DNA of 64,000 nt, from positions 19,716,001 to 19,780,000 of the forward strand of contig NC_083277.1 of the NCBI RefSeq assembly GCF_963506605.1, in the 5' to 3' direction. This document shows, piece after piece, positions 12,531 through 25,000 of the stretch (positions within the stretch are counted from its first letter, which is position 1; each line of letters opens with the position of its first letter). Below the pieces are notes generated by a model that saw nothing but the letters and a program-made list of their open reading frames with translations, did not search any database and was not told the origin of the DNA. This stretch comes from Zootoca vivipara (Eukaryota). The translations under genes were made by a program, and so were the position numbers.

Positions 12531-14085
12531 GAGGTCCAGTCATTCCTAACGTTGGTGCTGATGGGAGTTGGTTAGCTATTCCTTTCCTAAAGCACTGAGG
12601 CAGTGTATTGGGTATTGAAGGTTTTATAAAAGGAAGCGACAGTTTGCTTAAATATGACATTAAATCCTACACTCAAATCCTTTTCCTCTAGTGAAAGTTG
12701 GCGAAATATTATCAGCCTCAAAGCGAAACATTAATGCCGCTTCATTAATTGGCAAAAGGAGAAGAATGGTGTATATCAATAACTAAATTTCACAGTTTCT
12801 CCTGTCCTTCCCCCTGCACCAACGCAATGTGTCTGCTTTCTTTTTTAGAAGTTATAAAGGGCTATTTTAAGCAATTCCCTTTTTCTTAAGGAGAACTACC
12901 ATTGCTGGTTCCTCAAGCTCAGCTTCTGCCGTTGTGGGCAAGAGCCTTGTAGCCTATAAATGGATTTGTGGGCTGCTTCCTGTGGGGTGATTTGACGTTC
13001 TTGTGCAGCATAGCAAATCCTCATACTCTATATGCAGTCATGCACGCACATTTGTCTACACCAAGACTCGGGAGGACGAGGAGTGTTGAAATGGTCCTGA
13101 AGCCTAGCAGCAAGAGATGTAAAGCAGCTGCCAACAGTGGCAAAGACTTGCAAGGCAAAAGGCGATCCGGCAGCTTGGCTATTGCACAGCAAGCACAAAC
13201 TGCGGAACCATATGATTGTGGGGAAGCAATGAATGACACTAGATTTTAGAAGACTGCATGGTTCTGAGGACAAAATGTATTTGCAGTGGGGGTTGTTGGT
13301 TGCTACCTACTGGACTTGAAACCTAGATAGACCTGACTTGCTAAATCCAGTTTGCCATGTCAAAGAAACCTAAAGAGGCAGGTTCGTTGTCCCTTCTGAA
13401 CATTGTAGCCAATGAACATGAAGCCCCTTACCTCATGCATCGGTCAAATTCAAGTGTTAATCATCTGTTCCTGTGTTGATAGCAGCACTCCACTGCTGAA
13501 TAATTCCTAGTTTAGCTAGCTTGTCTTTCAGAGAGTGGTGGGAGGTTTTTCTTTCCTGCAGTTGATCCCCTGGGATGGACAAAAAAACAATTCAGATAGC
13601 ATACACTCCTCCATACAGTCTGTTTTAGAGAAAGGCAACGAAAGAGGGGCATTACCCCCATCAGCTGTCTCGCTATCCTTCTCAGCCAGGGGTGGTTGGT
13701 GTGTGACCCTTAAGAAGCCAAGCCAATGGGAGGAAGGAACAGAATCCTGGAATACGATGGTAGTTCCGCTGCCCTTTGATGTCACAGGTGCGACATCCTG
13801 AACATTCTCTGCAGGTCTCAACAGGTGATATAATACAATGCCATTGGCCTGCTCTTGCAAGGTAGGCCTCAATCCTAGGGAGGTTGTTTGCTTCTGAGCC
13901 ACAAACCCTCCCACTGTGCCAAGTCTGGGCTTCGTATACCTGCAGCTGGAAGTAGGCTTTTGCCAACACGTGAATTTTAAAGGGTCAAGTGGACACCAAG
14001 CACGGGGGGCAAGCCACAAATGTGCATGAGTCATCAGAGGTAGCAGGGAGACAGTATGAGCCGCAACTAAGGTAAATTAGGAATA

Positions 14086-14437
14086 AGGTAAAGGGTAAAG
14101 GGACCCCTGACCATTAGGTCCAGTCGTGACCGACTCTGGGGATGTGCGCTCATCTCGCATTATTGGCCGAGGGAGCCGGCGTACAGCTTCCAGGTCATTT
14201 GGCCAGCATGACAAAGGCGCTTCTGGCGAACCAGAGCAGCACATGGAAACACCGTTTACCTTCCCGCTGTAGTGATTCCTATTTATCTACTTGCATTTTG
14301 ACTTGCTTTCGAACTGCTAGGTTGGCAGGAGCTGGAACCAAGCAACGGGAGCTCACCCCGTCACAGGGATTCAAACCGCCGACCTGATCAGCAAGCCCTA
14401 GGCTCAGTGGTTTAACCCACAGCGCCACCTGGGTCCC
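14086..14437 (-). mobile_element. Sauria SINE, full length
   Basis: Minus-strand head GGGACCCAGGTGGCGCTGTGGGTTAAACC, ACCTTT-type tail; 12-bp TSD AAATTAGGAATA at 14074-14085 and 14438-14449. Confidence 0.9.
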
Positions 14438-15211
14438 AAATTAGGAATAGTATGTCCCTTTTGGATAGAGCCCATGTAGATGTGTGCCCCTCAGGCTAAG
14501 GATACTCGCACTTATAACAATCTGTTTTGTTCTGTTTGTTGCTCAACGTGTTGGTCCTTGAACCCTGCTGCCAAAGCCTTACTTCAACCCCCTCTGGAGT
14601 CTTATCCTTGATGTAATCCCCCCCCCATTTGCAGCTTGATGACCTCTCTTGCGTCCCCTGCCTGGCTGGTTCCTGCTGTTGCCCACATCGCCTTCGATCT
14701 TGGATGACTACATCCCTCTATCCAATCAGCCAGAAGTGGTCACCTGCTGCCACCACCCCCTTAATTCAGGGAAAGGGAAATTGGGGCCGTCCAGATGTTG
14801 CCGAAATACAACTCCCATCAGCGCTAGCCAGCACGGACTACTACGGTACATCCATCCATGTGCCTGATGGCCGACAGGCACGAGGAACATTGGACCCTTC
14901 AGATGTGGCTGAACCTACAACATCCACCATCCCTGGCCACTGGCCATGCTTGCTGGGGCTGATGGGAGTTGCAGTTTGGCAACGTTTAGGCGGCTAAAAG
15001 TTCCCCACACCTGATTGTGAGGGGCACAAGATAGCCCGGCCGCCCAATATCCTTAAGGCAGGGGCGGCCGAAGTGGTGGCCCCAAGATGCATGTTGGACT
15101 GCGGTGCCCATCCTCCATGACCATTGGCCCTGCTGGCCGAGGCTAATGGGAGTTGTAGCTCAGTTAGCAATTTCTGCTTTAAGCCATGCACTGATGACAG
15201 TGCCCTATTTA

Positions 15212-15214
<3 letters not shown>

Positions 15215-15263
<49 letters not shown>
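15215..15263. repeat. (GA)n microsatellite
   Basis: Perfect dinucleotide run. Confidence 0.95.
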
Positions 15264-15267
<4 letters not shown>

Positions 15268-15519
15268 AGAAGGATGGATATACCGGTAGTAGGCAAGGAG
15301 GGTTTGGCAAACCACCTCTGCCGATCTGTTAACATCCCTGGTTTTGATTCAGAAAGAAGTTCCTGCTGGAGAGCAGCTTAAAACAGAGGTGCATGGCTTT
15401 TGAGATCTCATTTCTAATTATCCTTATTGTGGCAATTATCTAGCTAGCAAGCTTCAGTTGCTCTGGGACAGAATTAATTCTCCTCAGAATATCTTTTGCA
15501 AAATATCTTTCTGAAAGGC

Positions 15520-16000
15520 CGGGGAGGGGTGGGGGTGAGGGGTACGTGTTTTAACAAAGCAAAACGAAAAGGCCTCTCCTGGAGCACCGGCTGCCGCTCT
15601 CCCTGGTTTCCATAGAAACGCCAAACAGCCGCATGGGAGTCTTGCGGAGGAGCTGGGCCCTCGCCGGCGGCGGGAGCGGGAGCCTCAGCTTTTCAGGGGC
15701 GGGGAAGGGACTCGGAAACTGGGGGGGGGGGAGATGCTGGTTGGGGCAGCCGGCCGTGGAGACAAGGCTGTGGGGTAGTAACTTTGTGGGTGGGGAGAGA
15801 AGAGGAGGTCCCCATGGAAGAGGAGGGACGTGGTTCGTTTGCCGCGGCTCCTGATGGCCTCATTACCGCTCGGTGAGAGGAATGTCCTTTGCACATGCAC
15901 AGAGGTGCTCTCGTCTTCATTGCAAGCGCAGGAGCGCCAACTTGGCCCCGCGACCGTGGGTGCCCCCGGGGGGGGGACGTGGGTGCCATGCAGCGTGCAA
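15520..16000 (+). promoter_or_regulatory. TTLL3 promoter with RFX X-box
   Basis: GC/CpG-rich patch; X-box GTTTCCATAGAAAC at 15606-15619; downstream donor CG|GTGAGA at 15872/15873. Confidence 0.7.
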
Positions 16001-19000
16001 TGACCCTGTGGGTGCCTGGCACCTTCATGGGGAATTTTGTGGGTGCTCAGGGAGTTGGCATCTATGTTGCGGTGCCAGGTTTTTCGGAGCTCAAAGACCT
16101 GTTTCTTATAGGGTTATGTTTACATGGGAATGCTGTGCTTGGTTGGAGGGTGGATAGCGAGGGGAAGCAGTTGGGGGGGGGGTATGGGAACTGTTGGTTT
16201 AGATTTTAGAAGGGGAAAGGTGCCGAATGGCTTGAATGTGTGTGTGTGTGTGTGTATTGATGTGATCAAGCAGTGCTTCCCTGTCTAATGACTTTAGCTG
16301 CTTTGTGCCTGGCAGTGAAGGGAAAAAACGAAAACGAAAAGCCCATTTTAAGTTGGCAAAAAGAGCAGAAACACAGTACAGCAGCAACTTTGGGTCAGCT
16401 CAGCTTTTACTGCTCTGTCCGAACCCAAGCGAGCATCTCTGAAAAGCTTCTGGGAAAAGCTAGGTTTATCAAAGGACTCCAGGGTTTCCACACAACATGA
16501 ATAAGCAGTATTGGGTGCAGATTAGGGTGAGGACTTTTTTTACAACCTCATTTCCCTGTATCATAATTTGATGAGCTTTCATTAAAGATTAGATAAAATC
16601 TTACTTTCAAAGAGATTTGATATAAAAAAAACACCTCACGCACAAAATGATTTTTAAAAATTTATTTATCAGTTTTTTGACCATTTTTGAAGTCACTGTA
16701 AGCAGATATAAAACTGAACCCAAGCTTTAGAGTCACATATATACAACATTATATAGGGCCATCAAACATACAAGGAAGCTTTTTTTAGCTGCAGTAACAG
16801 TATAGACGCCGCTAGAGGACGATGTTTTGCTACCTCTCCTGTAGGTTCTTTTCCCAGCATGTCCGGCAGGGTCTGCTGGCTGAGTAAATACATAGCTAAC
16901 TGAGGTTCTGCTCCCTAACAAAAGGCCTGCCCCCCCCAAAAAAATTCTGGCTATGTCCAATAATAGAAAGTGGACAGCTGCTGTAGGTTGTATGATGTGG
17001 ATGTCTGTCTGCGGATTATATTCTGTCATAAGCTCCTATATGGGATATTGATGTGGAGAGGAAGGATCTCTAGCTTAGCTGCAACAGTGAGCTTGTCACC
17101 TTATCCCTGCAGGTGGCTGTGCGGTGCGCCATGACTGACATACCTGTTCACTGTGAGTCGCTGGACAGGCAGTGGAGCTGGCACCAAGAATATGCAGGTG
17201 ACTGACCGCGGAGCTGCTTATTGGGACAGCCAAGATCCAAATTCTCTGGGAATGTACTGCGTTGCACAAATATATTGTTTCAGCGATCAATATTTTGAAA
17301 GGATTTGGAATTCATGTCCCTGACTTGAGGGAATTAAAAGAGGGCAGGATCTGAGGGGTAGATGAACTTGTAGGGTACTATAAAAAGCTAACTAAAGTAG
17401 TAACACCTTGCCTCTCTGTTTGTAAGCCCTGCTCACTTCCTCACCAGACTCTGGTAACCACACATTTGCAAGGTTTTCCCCCAAAAGCTATATGGGCTGG
17501 GTTTCGAGAAATAGAAGCCGAGTTTGCCAGGACACCAAATATTCTTCTCAGCATACAATGCTTGTATAGCAGCCCCCCCCCAAAAAAATACATGGGATAT
17601 ATGTTCAGTTCAGTTTTGAAGAGGTTGTAGTGACCCATAAATGGTGGGCATGTTTACTCCAAATTCTCAAATGGTTGCAGACACCACACAGTGGGCAAAG
17701 GCTACAGTGACCCCAAAAGGGTGTTTGGGATAGGGTGGCAGTCAAAGGATGAGATGCTCTCTCACTTCATTACAAGCTCACACCTCTCCTGTCCCAAAGA
17801 TAAATCCAGTCTTAAAGAAGAGCAAGACCTAGAACAGGAGTGGGGAACCTCATTATGCCCATTCTATTATGCCCTCCCTATTTGGCCGACCAGGCACACC
17901 CACCTGCTCTACGACACCTGATGTCATATATGAAGTCACTTGTGAGGTGTGTAAGGTTGAGGCTTTGTCAAAAGGGTGTTTGCTGGCCTGCAAAGCCGTT
18001 TTCAAAGCACAGGGCGAGATAGTGCTTTGAGTGGGGCTTCTGAAAACACACTCTTTTCTGCAGCTCTTTGAACAGAGCTTCTGAAGACCCAAGAACAAGC
18101 TAATTGTCCTAGAAGAAACAGTGGTCATGGGAGTNNNNNNNNNNNNNNNNNNNNNNNNNNNNNNNNNNNNNNNNNNNNNNNNNNNNNNNNNNNNNNNNNN
18201 NNNNNNNNNNNNNNNNNNNNNNNNNNNNNNNNNNNNNNNNNNNNNNNNNNNNNNNNNNNNNNNNNNNNNNNGTTTCCCTAGCCACTCTGGGCAGCTCCCA
18301 ACAGAATATTAAAAGCATGATAAAACATCAAACATTAAAAACTTCCCTAAACAGGGCTGCCTTCAGATGTCTTCTGAAAGTCAGATAGTTGTTTGTTTCC
18401 TTGACATCTGATGGGGGGGCGTTCCACAGGGCAGGCACCACTACCGAGAAGGCCCTCTGCCTGGTTCCCTGTAACCTCACTTATCACAGTGAGGGAACTG
18501 CCAGAAGGCCCTTAGAGCTGGACCTCAGAGTCTGGGCTGAACAATGGGGGTGGAGACGCTTCTTCAGGAATACTGGGGACGAGGCCGTTTAGGGCTTTAA
18601 AGGTCAGCACCAACACTATGAATTGTGTTCGGAAATGTGCTGGGAGCCAATGTACCGTGTTTCTCCTAAAATAAGACGGTCCTCAAAAATAAGCCATGTC
18701 AGGCTTTTAATTACTAGAATAAATATAAGACATCCCCCGAAAATAAGCCGGGGGTGGGAGCCGCTTCGAGGAGCGCAGCGCAGTGCGAAGAGCCTAGTGA
18801 GAGGCAGCTGCGGCTGCAGGTGAAGCCCGGGATCTGCGTGGGCGACTGGGGGCGAACGCCCTGAGCGCTGCGGCGGTGGAGAAGAGGCGCCCGATCAGCT
18901 GAGAAGCGGGCTGATCGGGCGCCTCTTCGCTACCGCCACAGCGCACAGGGCGCTCGTCCCCAGTCGCCCACGCAGATCCCGGGCTTCACCTGCAGCCGCA

Positions 19001-20624
19001 GAGCCTGGTGAGAGGCAGCTGCGGCTGCAGGTGAAGCCCGGGATCTGCGTGGGCTTAGCAAAACTGCACACCCCGCTCCCGCTCGAAAAAATAAGACATC
19101 CACCGAAAATAAGCCATGGTGTGTTTTTTTTGGAGGAAAAATAAATATAAGACGTGTCTTATTTTAGGAGAAACACGGTAGGTCTTTATATGGTCTCGGC
19201 AGCCACTCGCAGTCACCAGTCTAGCTGCCACATTCTGTTTGGCCTTTGTTAGGTCATTTTTGCTGCATTTGCCTTGGGAGTAGGGCAATTCCCTGGAAGT
19301 CTTGTGGGGCTGCATTCCTTTTAGAGTCATAGGATCTTTTAACAATCTCACTGAGAGTTTCTTTTGGTCTCTTGCAGTTGGGCCCAAAGTGTAAAGCAGG
19401 AGGGGACAGCGACGCTGGAGGGGGCAGAAGGACCAGCAGAGGAGGTAAGGTAGCTACTCCAAGATTTCTACTCCGCGAGGTGCCTTCAGGGCAAAAGGCT
19501 GCCTGCAGCAGCCTTTCCCAACCTCGTGCCCTTCTTCTCACAGTGTACAATTAAACTATGGAACTCCTTCCCACAGGAAGCAGTGATGGCCACCAATTGA
19601 TTTAAGAGAAGATAGGGCAAATTTGTGGAGGAATAGGCTCTCAATGGCTGCTGGTCGTGATGACTTTGCCCTACCTTCATGGGGGAAGGCGCAGTAATGC
19701 TTCTGAATGCCAGTTGCTGGAAACCACAGGAGGGGTGACTGCCAATCCAGTCAGTACTGGGGCTGGGACATTATCTTAATATTGCCCTTTGTTTCAGGCA
19801 GCAAAATGTTTTAGGTTAGCCTTAAAGAGCAAGCGAGGTTGCCCATGCTTAGTACATACTGACAAATATTGCACCAACAAGGTTCCACTGACACATTGGG
19901 GACTTCTGCTTCCTTTCTTCCTCCTGCGTGCCCCAAAATTTGCTCCGGAGGCTTCTCCAACGCTCTGGAACTAATTTTGAGGGTGCACCGGGGGGGGGGG
20001 GGCGGAGCAGGGGACAAGAGAAAAAGAGGAGGCTCTAGATCAGGGGTCAACAACCTTTTTTCAGCCAGACTATATTTCGAAGGGGGCAAAAATGAACGAA
20101 TTCCTATGCCCCACAAATAACCCAGAGATGCATTTTAAATAAAAGGATGTATTCTACTCATGTAAAAACATGCTGATTCCCAGACCGTCCGTGGGCCGCA
20201 TCCGCCCCCTGGGCCTTAGGTTGCCTACCCCTGCTCTAGATCATGTGCAGAAATCACAATCACAACACCTTTATTGGCATATATGTGCAGAAATCTGTTG
20301 CACCAACAAAGCTGCAGTGTTGGATACGGCCCTGAGAGATCCGTTATCTCCTGCCTCTTCCATTCTGAAATCACAGCAGGAACAAGTCCTGCTTCTTCAG
20401 GTGCGTTTTTCCGTATCACAATACAGTATGTCTTAGACTAGCCATGTAGTCCCCTAATGTGCCATTTGAACCCTTGTTCTTTTAAATGTTCCTCATCCAA
20501 CTGTGCTCAGTTGGCAGATTGAAGCCTGACGGAGATGCCCCCTCCAATGTCGAACGTCCGCAACTGCACCCCACTCGCCGCCATCCATCCACCGCTCCCA
20601 ATACCAGCAGGTATAGACCAGAAG
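15814..20624 (+). CDS. TTLL3: Candidate 5' coding exons of TTLL3 (combination uncertain)
   Basis: Exon ending 15872 with ATG 15814 (MEEEGRGSFAAAPDGLITA, phase 2) or ATG 15854 (MASLPL, phase 1). Exon-like 19378-19444. Exon 20511 (or 20518)-20624 ends in phase 1, matching the next exon at 22051. Confidence 0.45.
18135..18271. other. Assembly gap
   Basis: Run of N. Confidence 1.
18272..19240 (-). mobile_element. L2 LINE fragment interrupted by a MITE
   Basis: Reverse complement of the 6146 L2. The sequence resumes at 19181 (encoding QNVAARLVT) after the 18655-19178 insertion. Confidence 0.8.
18655..19178. mobile_element. Tc1/mariner-pogo-type MITE
   Basis: TIR CCGTGTTTCTCCTAAAATAAGAC / GTCTTATTTTAGGAGAAACACGG; TA TSD; internal GC-rich hairpin. 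Confidence 0.88.
20041..20233. mobile_element. hAT MITE
   Basis: TIR CAGGGGTCAACAACCT / AGGTTGCCTACCCCTG; perfect 8-bp TSD CTCTAGAT. Confidence 0.9.
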
Positions 20625-21141
20625 GTGAGTTGCCAAGATGCTGCCAGGGGTTCTGTGCTGTGGGTTGATGTTCATGTGATTTGCTAACCCCTCTAGATTT
20701 GTTTTATGATTTTTATTTTGTTTGTTGATCCTCTTTGTATTATTTTCCCTTCTTATTTTTGAAGTTTCTAAGCAGTGCATATTAAAAAAATAAAAAAGTA
20801 TACAATGGGCAAGTTCAATTAAAATTAAACATGAAAACAAAACTTCCTTAAAATGGTTGCTGAAGTAGAAAGGTCTTTGTTACATGCCTGACATTCAACA
20901 GGGAGAAGGCCTGTCTGATTTCAGCTGGGAGGGAATTCTACAGAATCAGGCCCACAACACCAAATTCATAACTCCTGGTGGATATGAGTTGTGTGTCCAA
21001 GCCATGTTCCCATCAGGCTTCTACAGGTCCTTTAGCATTGACAGTGTGAGCTGGCTGTTAATCCTTGCCTAATTGGACATCCTGGTTGCCAGCTGGTACA
21101 AAGGATGGTGGCACACTGGGCAATAAATATAGGACACAATA

Positions 21142-21360
21142 CAGTGGTACCTCGGTTTAAGAACAGTCCTGTTTACGAACGATGCGGTTTACGAACTCCG
21201 CAAAATTGGAAGTAGTATCCCGGCTTGTGAACTTTACCTCGGTCTAAGAACGGAATCCAAACGGTGGAAGGGCATTGGTGGTGGGAGGCCTCATTGCGGA
21301 AAGCATGCCTCAGTTTAAGAACGGACTTCTGGAACAGATTAATCTGTGTAAATAAGTTTG
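21142..21360. mobile_element. Tigger-like MITE (right end eroded)
   Basis: Starts TA-CAGTGGTACCTCGG; internal TTAAGAAC repeats as in the 59627 copy. Confidence 0.7.
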
Positions 21361-21425
21361 GATGTATGTAATGATGGAAAACTGATTGGTATAGTTTTTG
21401 TAAAATATGCAGGGATATAAGATAT

Positions 21426-21838
21426 AAGTGAGATATAAGTGAGAGCTGGACCATAAAGAAGGCTGATCGCTGAAGAATTGATGCTTTTGAATTATGGTGC
21501 TGGAGGAGACTCTTGAGAGTCCCATGGACTCCAAAAAGATCAAACCTCTCCATTCTGAAGGAAATCAACCCTGAGTGCTCACTGGAAGGACAGATCCTGA
21601 AGCTGAGGCTCCAATACTTTGGCCACCTCATGAGAAGAGAAGACTCCTTTCCTGATGTTGGGAAAGATGGAGGACACAAGGAGAAGGGGACGACAGAAGA
21701 CGAGATGGTTGGACAGTGTTCTCGAAGCTACAAACATGAGTCTGACCAAACTGCGGGAGGCAGTGGAAGACAGGAGTGCCTGGCGTGCTATGGTCCATGG
21801 GGTCACGAAGAGTCGGACACGACTAAACAACAACAACA
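21426..21838 (+). mobile_element. BovB (RTE-clade) LINE 3' fragment
   Basis: Peptides RVPWT..RSNLSILKEINPECSLEGQILKLRLQYFGHLMRR and RRRGRQKTRWLD...WRAMVHGVTKSRTRLN; (CAA)n tail; TSD ATAAGATAT. Confidence 0.9.
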
Positions 21839-22050
21839 ATAAGATATGCAAAATGAACCACGGAAAGAGAAGAAGGGAAGTCCTTGATATCTTAAGTACA
21901 TAAAATGTGTATCTGAAATTGTAAAATGGAAAATTTAATGAAAATCATATTTTTTTAAAAAAAGTTTCACAATGTCCCTTGTGTGAGGTAGGTGCTAGAG
22001 GTCACAAAGGTTGGAAAGCCTAGCTAGCCCCCCCTTTTTTTTCGTTCCAG

Positions 22051-25000
22051 GAGATGCAGCCGGTCTGATAGAGGGACGCTCACCTCGCAGCATCAGCTTC
22101 AACTCTTCCTTCAACCCAGACCGCCTCAAGCAGGCCAGGCAATTTGTGGAGAGAGCCATCAAGGTGAATGGCCTTGGCTCACCTGGTGTCTGCCTTTTTA
22201 GCCTTCGTCCTGCCTGTTTCCTCCTCTTCTGTAGCCTTGGTTGGATGGGTCAACCCAGGCCAATGAGGATGATGTTGTTGTTGTGGTGGTGGTGGTGGTT
22301 ATCACTGAGGGGAGAGTTCTTGCCTCACCTTCCCACAGCAGGGTAAAGTTGATAAGCCTCTCCTGTTGCCCCCATAGCAAAGGAAGATCTTCATGGTGAA
22401 CGGCCCTTACCCCGTGATTCGGAGACGGCTGCTTGGCAGGGGTTGGGTGGAGAGGAAGTTTCCCAAGGTGGCTAAAGTAGTGAATAAGCGAGAACGTCCG
22501 CCTGATGGGGAGCAGGATGAAGATGGTGATGACAGTGAAGGGCCTGAGGACGGTAAGGCCACCAGCCTCTTGGAACTTCTCTTTTAATTTTATTGAACAA
22601 AATTTATATACTGCCTGACTGTATGTATACATGTATGTATGTATGTATGTATGTATGTATGTATGTATGTATGTATGTATACAAAAGAGGAAACCCTCTA
22701 GGCGATTTACAAAAATGTTAAATGAAACATTGAGATTCTCAATTAGAACCACGTAAAAAGAGGTGTTTCATAGAATCATATCACTGTAGCGTTGGAAGGG
22801 ACCTCAAGGAGCATCTAGCCCAAGTCTCTGCAATGGTATTTAAAAACATTCGAAAGTTTGTTTTGAATTTTTGGAAGAATCTCAGGTGTAAACGCACCAG
22901 ATACGTTCATCTGTTCCTGCTCCAAATAAATCCTTGCACGCTATAAAAACAGGTGCAAAGCTACTCCCTGAATAGAGACACATAGGTTTGGCATGGCATG
23001 GGCACTAGCCAATAGGTGCCCATCTCAACTGGCTTTCATTTGTTCAGTGTGAAACACTGAAAAGCCAAGCTATATTTTGTCCTAGGATTGGAAATGTGTG
23101 TGTATGTGTGTTGAGGGCACCAATAGTACTTTCAAACTACCTTCACCTTTCTTAAAATGTCATCTCTGACTTTACACTGTTCCCCATGGGTTACTCAACC
23201 TTCTCAAATGGCCATTGTTTGGACCTAAAAGAGTTTGCAGTGAACTGTGTAAAAGTGGTACAAGGAAACACAGGATGGTATAACTATGTTTTCCTAAACA
23301 TGAGGTTTGCGTTGGCAACACAGCAAGGGAAAACACAGCAAAATAGCTACGTTTGTGAAGACTGAATAAAATAATATAAAACTTGCAGTAAAAATGGACT
23401 ATATTAGGTTGGGTGGAAAAAACGCTCTTAGATTTCACTTGGCATTTTTTTGTAACAAGAAAAAGATATAACTGATGTAAATATTGCTCCAGGTTTTGGA
23501 AGGAAACCACTGGCAACCCAAGATCTGTATACATTTGCTAATAAAATAGCACTCTGCACTATTTTCCTAATTTAGCCTCTTCAGAGAGTGCATTCTACAA
23601 CTTAAATTTATAAAATTAAGTGCGAATAAGTATCATTAGGTGTGTGTTTGCGATTCTGCTTTTAACATTTAAGTGTGTGTATAGATCTATAAAATTAAAA
23701 CCCATGCTGCCTTTCTATCAATGATTTGAAGGTGGTTATCAATTTCAAAGTGGTTTACAAAAATAACAAAATAATTAAATACTGTATGTGGATGAGCACC
23801 CATCTTTTTATGGACTTACCCACAGTAATAAGCACTTTAAATACAGTTTCAGCGTGTCCAAGAAGGATACTGCTCCCTGGTAATGACTGTGAGTGACCCT
23901 TGTCTCCGCTGTTTTCCATTTCCTTCACAGATGAGGAGGAAGAGGGGGAAGAGGAACAAGATGATGCCATTGATAGTACCTATAGCCTCATGGTTAGTTT
24001 GATGTGATGGTGAACTCCCCCTTAAATGCTTCCTTCAATCAGCGAAACCTTTCCCTCCACAATTCTGGTTCCTGCAAAAGCCCACTGAGGTAGCTAAGGC
24101 TGCACAAATGCACAGGGCAGTTTAAAGTGGATTTGATGCATCCCAGGTGTGCATGCTTTTCATGCCTTCCGCACCATCTTGTCCTCATCCGGGTTGCAGC
24201 CCACATTCCCCCCACCTCCATCTAATTCAGATTTCCCCCATATCAGTAGATCCATACTAAGGCAATAGAGGCCAACCAAATGTGACAAAGCAGTGTGCAA
24301 GCTTTCCAGGTTCTATCGTTAATAGCATGCACACTATTCTGTGACGTTTTGGTTGGCCTTATACAGTGGTACCTCAGTTTTCTAGCGTCTCGGAAGCTGA
24401 ACGATTCGGAAGCCGAACACTGAAAACCCGGAAGCAATTGTTTCCATATTCAAACGCGCCTCAGAAGTGGAATGGCTTCTGCGGAATGTTTCTCCATTTA
24501 TTCAATGTATTTTGCCGACCGCCCATTGATCTTGGTTTTCAAACGTTTTGGAAGTCGAACGGTCTTCCAGAACAGATTACGTTCAAAATCCGAGGTTCCA
24601 CAATTTAAAACACTCATGTGTTGTTGTTCATGGACAAAAACACACATGGAAGAATTGGATATGTGTTACCCACATGCACTTTTATACTCTGGTTTTGTAC
24701 CCAGCCATAGGCTAGTAGCTAGTGACTGGACCAATGAGGTATATGGCTTTGTAGAGATGTGAATCTGGGTCTCCTCAATCATAATCGGACTTTCTAACCA
24801 CTGCTCTCTGTTTGAACATCATAGACCCTCTCCTTCTGTTCTTCAGCATCACCTAGATTTATTCAGGATTTAGGTTTTTTCCATTTATACATCACTTCTC
24901 AAATAGAAAGAGATCCTTAAGTGATTCACAGTCAAATGAAAACAAAAAACAAAAACATTAATATGAACATTATTTTAAAAATATTTAACAGTGCAACACC

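Noticed and set aside
12968-14034. ORFs between ARPC4 and TTLL3 as an extra gene
   Set aside because: No domain resemblance and no coherent splice chain.
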